NCBI RefSeq assembly: GCF_902713615.1
Contig: NW_024055478.1
Location: forward strand, 248,001-283,555
DNA length: 35,555 nucleotides
Source: Scyliorhinus canicula
Lineage: Eukaryota
Reading direction: 5' to 3'
Numbering within the stretch: position 1 is the stretch's first letter; every line of letters starts with the position of its first letter. Below are positions 1 to 9,867 of this stretch, piece after piece. Made by a program: the position numbers and the translations under genes. The notes beneath the pieces were generated by a model. That model did not search any database. It was not told where the DNA came from and saw nothing but the letters and a program-made list of their open reading frames with translations.

Positions 1-30
1 GCTGCTCCACTGTGTCCTGGTGGCTCCAAT
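1..30 (-). CDS. Start of second exon (V-domain-like), runs off the left edge of the window
   Basis: Branch-like CTAAT, T-rich tract and CAG acceptor (33-31) define a 152-bp intron (31-182). The splice keeps frame and gives N-W-S-H-Q-D-T-V-E-Q, like the xxVxQ start of TCR/Ig V framework 1. Confidence 0.55.
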   Translation of the reverse strand, partial: MGATRTQWSS

Positions 31-182
31 CTGACGTAAAAATTAGATTAAGAGCAACGATCAGTATCAACCCCAAATTGATCAACTTAATCTTCACCAC
101 CGCTATTGTTTGCACCAACAATAACGTCAGGGTTACAGCAGCCAGGAGGAGAATGGAATTTTACTAGGAAGGAAATACTTAC

Positions 183-231
183 TGAGAAGTGATATAATGA
201 TGAGCATCTGAGCGAGCCGGTTCCCCATCAT
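183..231 (-). CDS. Leader (signal peptide) exon of an Ig-superfamily gene, probably an antigen-receptor V segment
   Basis: Minus strand reads aggATG ATG GGG AAC CGG CTC GCT CAG ATG CTC ATC ATT ATA TCA CTT CTC A|GTAAGT = MMGNRLAQMLIIISLL + 1 nt. 49 nt, phase 1, hydrophobic core, good Kozak context, GTAAGT donor at 182-177. Confidence 0.65.
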
Positions 232-294
232 CCTTCCTGAGTCTGGAACTCTGCAGTGAGAGGAATCCTCTGTCAGAGACAGAAATACCGATCG

Positions 295-382
295 CCGTCA
301 CACTGCATTGCTCATCCAGCCAATGGCAGAGGCAGAAATGCAGACCCCCGTCACACTGCACTGCTCATCCGAACAATGGCAG
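295..382. repeat. Local tandem duplication, 35-bp unit, period 53
   Basis: ccgtcacactgcattgctcatccagccaatggcag (295-329) vs ccgtcacactgcactgctcatccgaacaatggcag (348-382). Confidence 0.85.
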
Positions 383-510
383 CGACAGCAACTTCTCCAC
401 TGACACAATTGGGTCAGAGCGAGAGCAGCAACCGCAAGCTGTGGGCGGGGATACCGCAGACTCAGAGTGACGTGTGTGCTGACTCTCAGCTGCACTCGGA
501 GCGGAAATAG
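295..510 (-). promoter_or_regulatory. Putative promoter of the leader-exon gene
   Basis: CCAAT at 320-324, GC box GGGCGGGG at 443-450, CRE-like AGTGACGT at 466-473 and ETS-like GCGGAAAT at 501-508, all 90-280 bp upstream of the minus-strand ATG at 231. Confidence 0.45.
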
Positions 511-976
511 GAAGGGATGAATCTGCAGAAGGCAGAAGACTGTGACCATCCTGCACCTGCTCACTGTTCAAGCCACTAAGAAGAAATCGAGCGGGAGGGA
601 CATAAAGCCCATTTAAACACGGCTTCTGACACTAGACACTGTGTCACTGGATCTGCAACTAGTCTGCCTGTCAATGTAGAGCATCAAAAGAGCAGAAGGA
701 TAAACAAATCTGCCAATATTTGTTCTTCGTGGGGCTGGGATGAAATTAACCCGGCTGATGGAGGTAAACCTCTATTAACTATGAGTGTGCGTAAATTCTA
801 ATCAACCTGTTAAACTGTACTGATGAGTATAATTTATTACTTACTGTTCAAGAGTACCGCCAGTATTATGAGAAACGTGTCTGATTGAATCGCTCAGTGA
901 ATGGGAATTAAATGAGTCAGATTTTTGGAAGGAGAGAGGGAACCCGGGTTCTGTTCAGCTCATTGTTCCACCCACA

Positions 977-992
977 CACAGCAGGGGGCCAG
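977..992 (+). promoter_or_regulatory. CTCF-like motif (imperfect)
   Basis: cacagcagggggccag; ACAGCAGGGGGCCA vs core CCASYAGRKGGCRS (3 mismatches at the edges). Confidence 0.4.
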
Positions 993-1066
993 GCCCATTG
1001 TGACATCACTGAGGATACCTCTGTTGTTGGTCTCATGTGACTTTCCAATCATCATGCGTGGGCTTT

Positions 1067-1083
1067 GCGCCCTCTGCTGGTGG
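1067..1083 (-). promoter_or_regulatory. CTCF motif (perfect core)
   Basis: Reverse complement is CCACCAGCAGAGGGCGC; CCAGCAGAGGGCGC matches CCASYAGRKGGCRS 14/14. Confidence 0.65.
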
Positions 1084-1140
1084 ATTCTGTTCAATCCGGT
1101 TCCGAATGGGGGTTACTGGATGGATTTAACGTTTATAATA

Positions 1141-1182
1141 TAGTAATCTTTATTGTCACAAGTAGGCTTACATTAACGCTGT
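1141..1182 (-). mobile_element. SINE 3' tail fragment
   Basis: taatctttattgtcacaagtaggcttacattaac resembles the tail of the SINE at 14167-14337. Confidence 0.45.
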
Positions 1183-1385
1183 AATTATTGATTTTTATGT
1201 CAAAACATCAATGTCAGGAATGAGAATTGACTATTTAAATATGGATACTGCTCATTATTTCTTTCTCTGACCCAGGTCCAATCCATTGCACTGGGAGTCC
1301 GGTCGCACCTATCCCAGAGCTGGAACAGGAATCCAGTGCGTTCTGGATTTCCAGACCCCTGAGCCAACCCCAACCGTTATTCGAA

Positions 1386-1860
1386 GACAACATGAAAATG
1401 GGCAGTGTGCTAAATAGCGAGGAGGAATGGTTTAGATTGCAGGATGATATAGACGGACGGGCTAGATGGGCAGAACAGTGGCAAATGAAATTTAACCCTG
1501 AAAAGGGTGAGATGATGCATTTTGGGAGGACTAATAATGCAAGAAAATACACAATGAACGGTAGGTTGCCAAGAAGTATAGAAGCAAGAGGGACCTTGGG
1601 GTTCATGTCCGTAAATCCCCGAAGGTAACAGGACAAGGACTTAAGCTGGTGAAGATGACATGTGGAATGCTTGTCTTTATTAGCCGACGCATGGAATATA
1701 AGAGTCGGGAGATTATTATGGAGCTGTATAAAACGCTGGTTATCCCGCAGCCGGCGTATTTTGTGCACGTCTGGTCGTCACATTATGGGAAGGATGCGAT
1801 TGCACCAGAGAGGGTGCAGAGGTGATTAATGAGACAACGTATATTTAAGAAACTCGTTGG
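1386..1860 (+). mobile_element. CR1-clade LINE fragment (RT C-terminal region), decayed
   Basis: ORF 1392-1628 has LQDDIDGRARWAEQWQMKFNPEKGEMMHFGR, a typical CR1 RT thumb region. Confidence 0.85.
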
Positions 1861-1979
1861 ATATGCACTAAGTGCTTGGAGGTGATTCTGAGAGATGCGA
1901 GAAGGTCATGATATATGAATATTTTTTTTCTTTTCTATCAGTGTTATTTTAGCAGTGTCAAGATAAAATAAATCAACCT

Positions 1980-2640
1980 ACAGCGTGATTTAAAGGGGAA
2001 AAAGTGTCGTTTTGGGCGCAATTGGCAGGATGTTTCCCAATGGCCGCATTGGCGAGATCGCAGCCCATATTTAAGGGCACTCGGTGTTGGAAAGTAGCCC
2101 CCATCAGCTTCTCACCATTACTGGCTGCCACGTCGTCAGATTCGCTGGATCCGCACCTCATTTAAGGAGGGGAGCGGGCTGCTCTTAAATGCTCCCTCAC
2201 CATTCACTGCAGTCAACACACAAGCATGGCAATATTTAGAGCTGCACCTCGCTTTGGCGATGCCAACCTGGCCAAGCTTCTCGATGCTGTGGATGCATGA
2301 GACGGGACATCCTGTTCCGCGGGGGGGGGGGGGGTGGTCAGAGGGCCAGCAGCAGAGGCACCAATACCGTCGTCCAATGTAGGAAAAAGACCAATGACCT
2401 CCAGTGACCTGCAAGGGTAAGTTACCACCTCTCTCTTGGCATCAGGTCCGCCTGCCACCCCTCAAATCCAACACCCCCCTACCCCCCAACACATGGCTGG
2501 CTGACACCTTGCACGCACTGGTCTTTGTGCTTGCTCCTCAGAGCTCACTGGCACCTAGCATCACAACCCCTTGATGTCCAGGTGAGGTGCTCACACATAC
2601 CATCTGCTATAGAACTCCCCTCCCAGCCCCGAGGCATGGA
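1980..2640 (+). mobile_element. Harbinger/PIF DNA transposon remnant carrying the 5' exon of the Myb/SANT-like ORF
   Basis: ATG 2226 MAIFRAAPRFGDANLAKLLDAVDA, then (frameshifted) RRDILF and QCRKKTNDL at 2375-2401, then a GTAAGT donor at 2417. These are Myb/SANT-like motifs of Harbinger ORF2 proteins. Ends are approximate. Confidence 0.6.
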
Positions 2641-3195
2641 CTAGAAGAGTATGGAGGTTATTATGGAGCTGTATAGAATGCGGGCTAGCCCGCAGCTGGA
2701 GTATTTTCTGCACATCTGGTCACCACATTATGGGAAGAAAGTGATTGCACCAGAGAGGGTGCAGAGGAGATTAATCAGGAAGTTTTCTGAGCAGGAGTGT
2801 TTCAGTTGTGAAGAGAGGTTGAATAGGCTGGGATTATTGCCCTTAAAGTAGAGAATGTTGCGGACGATCTGATCGAGGTGTTCAGAATTCTGAGGAACAC
2901 AGAATTGAAGACACTTTTCCCCTCAGTAGAGCGGGCAATAACCAGGGGGCATAGATTTAAGTTAAGGGGTAGGAATTTGGAAGGAATTTAAGCGTAGTTA
3001 GAACCTGTAACACATTGTCTGTGTTCCCGAGGCGGGAACACTCACAACCCTTAAGAAGCGTTGAGATGAGGACTTGAAACGCCATCACATACAAGGCTAC
3101 AGACCAAGTGCGAGGAAATTGCTTTGGACTAGATGGATACTTGATGGCTGGGGCAAACACAATGGGCCAAAGGGCCTGTTCTTTGCTGTAAAACT
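2641..3195 (+). mobile_element. CR1-clade LINE 3' fragment
   Basis: ORF 2651-2851 (MELYR...LEY...WSPHY...ERVQRR...EERLNRLGL) followed by a CR1-type 3' UTR ending gggccaaagggcctgttct. Confidence 0.85.
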
Positions 3196-3453
3196 GGACG
3201 ACTAAGGGGCCTGAGGCAGGGAAACTGACGATGGCGCCACACGGCCGCCTCTCCTTAGGTCAAAGAAAGTGAAGGAGAGACTGAACGGAGCTGCTGAAAT
3301 GTAAGTGGGTTGTTAATGAAGATCACACGGAGCTGTTTCCTCGAGCAGATCCTTAGATAATACAACGATTGATGAGAAATAAAGACCAGGACAATTCCGT
3401 CTATTATCTACACTGCGATGTGTTATACTATAGAGGGCGGATCTAAATAAAGG

Positions 3454-3559
3454 CATGATGTGGAGATGCCGGCGTTGGACTGGGGTGAGCACAGTAAGAA
3501 GTCTTACAACACCAGGTTAAAGTCCAACAGGTTTGTTTCAAACACGAGCTTTCGGAGCA
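3454..3559 (-). repeat. Inverted pseudo-LTR segment of the Penelope insertion
   Basis: 106-bp reverse complement of 5158-5263. Confidence 0.95.
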
Positions 3560-4994
3560 GTTGAACCAGGAACATTCCTCGTCACAATGGATGTCTCGGC
3601 ACTCTACACCAGCATCCCCCATGACGACGGCATTGCTGCAACAGCCTCAGTCCTCAACACCGACAACTGCCAATCTCCAGACGCAATTCTGCAACTCATC
3701 CGTTTCATTCTAGACCACAACGTCTTCACCTTCGACAACAAATTCTTCATCCAGACGCACGGAACAGCCATGGGGACCAAATTTGCACCTCAATATGCCA
3801 ACATCTTCATGCACAAGTTTGAACAGGACTTCCTCACCACACAGGACTTTCAACCGATGCTATACACCAGATACATCGATGACATTTTTTTCCTTTGGAC
3901 CCACGGCGAGACATCACTGAAACGACTACACGATGACATCAATAAGTTCCATCCCACCATCAAACTCACCATGGACTATTCTCCAAATTCAGTTCCATTC
4001 TTGGACACACTCGTCTCCATCAAGGACGGTCACCTCAGCACCTCGCTTTACCGCAAGCCCACAGATAATCTCACGATGCTCCACTTCTCCAGCTTTCACC
4101 CGAAACACATTAAAGAAGCCATCCCCTATGGACAAGCCCTCCGTATACACAGGATCTGCTCAGACAAGGAGGAGCGCAACAGACACCTACAGATGCTGAA
4201 AGATGCCCTCGTACGAACGGGATATGGCGCTCGACTCATTGATCGACAGTTCCACCGCGCCACAGCAAAAAAACCGCACCGATCTCCTCAGAAGACAAAC
4301 ACGGGACACCACTGACAGAGTACCCTTCGTCGTCCAGTACTTTCCTGGGGCGGAGAAACTACGACATCTTCTTCGCAGCCTCCAACACATCATCAGCGAG
4401 GATGGACATCTTGCCAAGGTCATCCCCACACCCCCACTACTGGCCTTCAAACAACCGCGCAACCTCAAACAAACCATTGTTTGCAGCAAATTACCCAGCC
4501 TTCAGAACAGCAACCACAACACCACAAAACCCTGCCAGGGTAATCTCTGCAAGACATGCCAGATCATCGACATGGACACCACCATTACACGTGGAAACAC
4601 CACCCACCAGGTACGCGGCGCATACTCGTGCGACTCGACCAATGTAGTCTACCTCATACGCTGCAGGAAAGGATGTCCCGAAGCGTGGTACATTGGCGAG
4701 ACCATGCAGACACTGCGACAACGAATAAACGGGCATCGTGCGACTATCAACAGGCAGGACTGTTCCCTTCCAGTTGGGGATCACTTCAGCAGTCAAGGAC
4801 ATTCAGCCTCTGATCTCCGGGTCAGCATTCTACAAGGAGGCCTTCAGGAGACGCGACAACGCAAAATTGCTGAGCAAAAACTTATAGCTAAGTTCCGCAC
4901 GCATGAATGCGGACTCAACCGGGATCTGGGATTCATGTCGCATTACATTCGGCCCTCACCAACAAGCCTGGACTTGCAGAGGCCTACCGACTGA
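3560..4994 (+). pseudogene. 5'-truncated Penelope ORF (RT C-half + GIY-YIG), 1 frameshift
   Basis: LVTMDVSALYTSI, GTAMGTKFAPQYANIFM, RYIDDIF in ORF 3533-4315; VVYLIRC...YIGET...RINGHR in ORF 4203-4994; the frames join at A7 4267-4273. Confidence 0.9.
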
Positions 4995-5106
4995 ACTGGC
5001 TTGGGACAATTCACACCTCTTTAACCTGGAGTTACCTCTCTCTCTGCATCTTTGATGATTTGATTGCCTGCAGGTGCTCGCATTCCGGGGCATCTCTGAC
5101 TGTGTC

Positions 5107-5114
5107 TATATAAA
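5107..5114 (+). promoter_or_regulatory. TATA box in Penelope pseudo-LTR (second copy at 8091-8098)
   Basis: TATATAAA 30 nt upstream of an Inr-like CCATTC (A at 5137). Confidence 0.5.
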
Positions 5115-5139
5115 CATTTCTGGAACAAGCCTTTCCATT

Positions 5140-5174
5140 CACCTGAAGAAGGAGCCGTGCTCCGAAAGCTCGTG
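5140..5174 (+). ncRNA. Minimal type I hammerhead ribozyme
   Basis: CAC-CUGAAGA-A-GGAGC(CGU)GCUCC-GAAA-GC-UC-GUG: both core boxes, 5-bp stem II, palindromic AGCU stem III, stem I CAC/GUG. Predicted cleavage after C5171. Confidence 0.85.
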
Positions 5175-5260
5175 TTTGAAACAAACCTGTTGGACTTTAA
5201 CCTGGTGTTGTAAGACTTCTTACTGTGCTCACCCCAGTCCAACGCCGGCATCTCCACATC

Positions 5261-7979
5261 ATGGCTACCATTGACACCGCAAACTGCCGGCTCAAAGTGG
5301 AGAGGATCTCCAGGAAGATCGCGCATATAGACACTGACATTCAGTTTCTACAAAGATGCAAAAAAGCAGACAAGATCCCGAAAGGACTACAGATCAAAAA
5401 CCCACTCAAGTCGACTTACAACACAGACTACGCTGAAAGACTCTGCCACCGCACCTCTGTCACACTCCTCAAACACCTCGTACACCAACTCTACAGCAGT
5501 CGACGCAACCTGGAAACCAAGAGAAAGGCCATATTCTCAACTTGCGCTCAGGACACAGCAGACCAGCTGCGGAACACCGCCAAACAGATGAGACAGCAAT
5601 ACTATGCCACCTACATGCACACCAAGAACAGGAAGCTTGAGAAACTTGGCATCACCACCAGCAGCAATCAAGCTTCTCCCGGTACAACAGTCGAAAACAA
5701 TACAGGGAAATCCATTGTCAACTTGTCAGACTACACCCTTCAACCAGACGAAATCGAAGTCCTCAGCAGAGGGCTCAATTTCTGCACCACCACCAAAATG
5801 GACCCCATCAGTCTCGCGGCAGATACGGAGGAATTCATCAGGCGAATGAGGCTCCGGGAATTCTTCCACAGACCCCAAGAGGCCGACAGCGAACCCAGGG
5901 ACACGACCAATGAACCGGAACAGCAGACCGCGAGATCTGCAGTGCAGCAACCGAAAAGGAAAGAGTCAAATTGGACCCCTCCGGAAGGCCGCTGCCCTAG
6001 ACTCGACATGTATGTTCAAGCCGTCAGAAGTCGTGTCAATGCCAGATTCATCACTCGCAATCACAAGGCAGCCTCAAACGTCACCCAAGCACAACGCAAC
6101 GCCATCCGCACTCTCAAGACCAACCGCAACATCGTCATCAAACCAGCAGACAAAGGAGGGGCCACCGTCATACTGAACAGAACAGACTACTGCAAAGAAG
6201 TATACCGACAACTCGACAACCAGGAACACTACAGGCAGTTACCCGCAGATCCAACCAAGGAACACATCCGCCAACTCAGCAGACTGATCAAGACCTTAGA
6301 TCCAGACCTTCAGAACACCCTACGTGCTCTCATCCCACGTAATCCCCGCATTGGAGATCTCTACTGCCTCCCGAAAATACACAAGGCCAACACACCAGGC
6401 CGTCCTATCGTTTCAGGCAATGGGACCCTGTGTGAGAACCTCTCTGGCCACATCGAGGGCATCTTGAAACCCATCGTACAAGGTACACCCAGCTTCTGTC
6501 GCGACACGACGGACTTCCTACAGAAACTCAGCACCCATGGACCAGTTGAACCAGGAACATTCCTCGTCACAATGGATGTCTCGGCACTCTACACCAGCAT
6601 CCCCCATGACGACGGCATTGCTGCAACAGCCTCAGTCCTCAACACCGACAACTGCCAATCTCCAGACGCAATTCTGCAACTCATCCGTTTCATTCTAGAC
6701 CACAACGTCTTCACCTTCGACAACAAATTCTTCATCCAGACGCACGGAACAGCCATGGGGACCAAATTTGCACCTCAATATGCCAACATCTTCATGCACA
6801 AGTTTGAACAGGACTTCCTCACCACACAGGACTTTCAACCGATGCTATACACCAGATACATCGATGACATTTTTTTCCTTTGGACCCACGGCGAGACATC
6901 ACTGAAACGACTACACGATGACATCAATAAGTTCCATCCCACCATCAACTCACCATGGACTATTCTCCAAATTCAGTTCCATTCTTGGACACACTCGTCT
7001 CCATCAAGGACGGTCACCTCAGCACCTCGCTTTACCGCAAGCCCACAGATAATCTCACGATGCTCCACTTCTCCAGCTTTCACCCGAAACACATTAAAGA
7101 AGCCATCCCCTATGGACAAGCCCTCCGTATACACAGGATCTGCTCAGACAAGGAGGAGCGCAACAGACACCTACAGATGCTGAAAGATGCCCTCGTACGA
7201 ACGGGATATGGCGCTCGACTCATTGATCGACAGTTCCACCGCGCCACAGCAAAAAAACCGCACCGATCTCCTCAGAAGACAAACACGGGACACCACTGAC
7301 AGAGTACCCTTCGTCGTCCAGTACTTTCCTGGGGCGGAGAAACTACGACATCTTCTTCGCAGCCTCCAACACATCATCAGCGAGGATGGACATCTTGCCA
7401 AGGTCATCCCCACACCCCCACTACTGGCCTTCAAACAACCGCGCAACCTCAAACAAACCATTGTTTGCAGCAAATTACCCAGCCTTCAGAACAGCAACCA
7501 CAACACCACAAAACCCTGCCAGGGTAATCTCTGCAAGACATGCCAGATCATCGACATGGACACCACCATTACACGTGGAAACACCACCCACCAGGTACGC
7601 GGCGCATACTCGTGCGACTCGACCAATGTAGTCTACCTCATACGCTGCAGGAAAGGATGTCCCGAAGCGTGGTACATTGGCGAGACCATGCAGACACTGC
7701 GACAACGAATAAACGGGCATCGTGCGACTATCAACAGGCAGGACTGTTCCCTTCCAGTTGGGGAATCACTTCAGCAGTCAAGGACATTCAGCCTCTGATC
7801 TCCGGGTCAGCATTCTACAAGGAGGCCTTCAGGAGACGCGACAACGCAAAATTGCTGAGCAAAAACTTATAGCTAAGTTCCGCACGCATGAATGCGGACT
7901 CAACCGGGATCTGGGATTCATGTCGCATTACATTCGGCCCTCACCAACAAGCCTGGACTTGCAGAGGCCTACCGACTGA
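5261..7979 (+). CDS. Penelope-like RT/GIY-YIG polyprotein, about 905 aa if three 1-bp indels are corrected
   Basis: MATIDTANCRLKVE... IKPADKGG, YCLPKIHK, PGRPIVS, RYIDD, GIY-YIG. Frame breaks at 6947-6948 (-1), 7251-7257 (+1) and 7764-7765 (+1). Confidence 0.9.
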
Positions 7980-8123
7980 ACTGGCTTGGGACAATTCACA
8001 CCTCTTTAACCTGGAGTTACCTCTCTCTCTGCATCTTGATGATTTGATTGCCTGCAGGTGCTCGCATTCCGGGGCATCTCTGACTGTGTCTATATAAACA
8101 TTTCTGGAACAAGCCTTTCCATT

Positions 8124-8158
8124 CACCTGAAGAAGGAGCCGTGCTCCGAAAGCTCGTG
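8124..8158 (+). ncRNA. Minimal type I hammerhead ribozyme (3' pseudo-LTR copy)
   Basis: Identical to 5140-5174. Confidence 0.85.
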
Positions 8159-8375
8159 TTTGAAACAAACCTGTTGGACTTTAACCTGGTGTTGTAAGAC
8201 TTCTTACTAAATAAGGCAGAAGAATGAGTTCCGGTGGCGGCAATGCGGAGCAAAGCCGCTCATTCGGCAGCTCCCGCTGGGAAACTGACTTTGGGGCTCT
8301 TTTCGGTGCTCCCAACGGAGCTGTGTGGGCAAATCCCGACGTGGGAAGAGGACAGCAGTCGACCCCTACGGTCCT

Positions 8376-9217
8376 ATGGTCCGGACCTGGAGTGGGGTAA
8401 GGAGAAAACCGGAGAAAGCACCCCTGAAAAAGCGGGGGAAGGAAGACAAAATGGCGGCCGCAGAGACCCGGAGGACTGGAGGCAGTGGGCCCAGGAGCAG
8501 CAGGCGACTCTGCTGCGCTGCTTCCAGGAGCTTAAATTGGAGCTGCTGGAGTCGCTGAAGGTAACCAACAGGGAGCTGAGGAGACTCAGACAGCCCAGGG
8601 GGCTGCGATCCGGGAGCTGCAGGCAGCAGGCCTCCGAAAGGGGAGGATGAGGCCGTGCCGTGGCGGGGAAGGTGGAGATGCACGAGGCGTTCCATAAAAG
8701 ATGGCAGGAGCGGTTTCGAGAGCTGGACAACCGGTCAAGGCAGAAGAATTTACGGATCCTGGGCCTCACGGAGGGGCTGGGAGGGGTTGGACTAGCGGCC
8801 TATGTGATGACTATGTTAACTCGCTGATGGGGGCTGGGTCCTTCCAGGGGCCCCTGGAGTTAGAGGGGGCCTACAGAATTCTGACTAGGAGTCCCAAGCC
8901 CGAACGAGCCGCCACGGGCGGTGTTGGTGCGGTTTCATCAGTTCGTGGACCATGAGTGTGTGCTCGGTGGCCAAGAAGGAGCAGAGCAGCAAGTGGGAGA
9001 ACACGGATGTGCGGATGTTCCAGGACTGGAGTGCGGAAGTGGTGAGGCGGAGGGCTGGGTTTAACCGGACGAAGGCGGTGCTCCACAAATGGAGTGTGAA
9101 GTTCGGCATGTTGCAGCGGCGCATCTCTGGGTCACCCATAAGGATTAGTACCATTATTTTGAGTCCCCGGAGGAGGCGTGGGCCTTTGTGCAGGCCGAGA
9201 AATTGGACTCAAACTGA
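8376..9217 (+). pseudogene. L1 ORF1p (frameshifted)
   Basis: MVRTWSG...KMAAAE, NRSRQKNLRILGL, NEPPRAVLVRF, VRMFQDWSAEVVRRRAGFN; TGA at 9215-9217. Confidence 0.8.
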
Positions 9218-9867
9218 GGGTCTAAGATGGGGGATACTGTATAATACTGTACTTGTATTTGCTTGGTTTAATGTAAGATGTGGGTTGGCCTTAGGGTGGG
9301 TGGGGTGATGTCGATTTGTCTTTTCTGTATTGGTTTTTCTGTAGGGGTCTGGTGGATGGGTTCGGGCAGGGGGGTAAGCGGGGAGTTCGGGGAGCTGATG
9401 GGGGGGGACTGACAATGGGAGTTGCCCTAGAGGATGCGGGGCCAGGCAGGGCGAAAGCATGGGCTTTCTGCGGGTTTCCCGCGCTGGGAGATGGTGGGGG
9501 CGGCGTCGGGGCTGAGAAGCGCGGGTCGTTCCTGGCTGTTTTCTTTTCCTGTGCAAGAGTGGGGGTGGGGGGGAGGAGGACCCGTTGACGGGCACGATGG
9601 AGGAGGGGTAGTACCACGTGGGGAGGAGTCGGAGGCAAGGTGGGAGTCGCCGGGGACAGCAGAAGATAGCTGGCTCACGGGAGTGCTATGGAGGGAGGGG
9701 CGCAGCTATTACGGGGTCCTAGCCTGGGGGGGGGGGGGGTACCGGGTTGCTGCTGAAACGGTCAGGAAGGAGCTGGAGGATGCAGGGGGTGCTGGAGGGG
9801 GGGAGTTGCCGCCATGGGAAACTGACAGAGCGGGGGACGCTGGCCGGGGGTGGGCAAGGGATGGGGT

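Larger units (their letters stand above)
3454..8208 (+). mobile_element. Penelope-like element (Neptune-type): inverted 5' piece + 5'-truncated copy + full-length copy
   Basis: Direct repeat with period 2984-2985 (3558-5224 vs 6543-8208). RT and GIY-YIG motifs. CxxxxCxxC (CQGNLCKTC) before the endonuclease. Flanked by CTAAATAAAGGCA (3443-3455) and CTAAATAAGGCA (8207-8218). Confidence 0.95.

Noticed and set aside
8-14. CACTGTG (RSS heptamer on the minus strand)
   Set aside because: It lies inside the codons for DTVE at the start of the exon, and no nonamer can be assessed in the window; likely coincidental.
3196-3306. CpG-rich stretch with GATGGCGCC and a GTAAGT donor at 3301 as a plus-strand first exon
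   Set aside because: The ATG frame stops after 13 codons, there is no partner exon, and the CTCF/YY1 similarity is weak.
4261-4280. A-run as a programmed -1 ribosomal frameshift between RT and GIY-YIG
   Set aside because: The downstream ORF is in the +1 frame relative to GCA AAA AAA, not -1, and Penelope ORFs are normally continuous.
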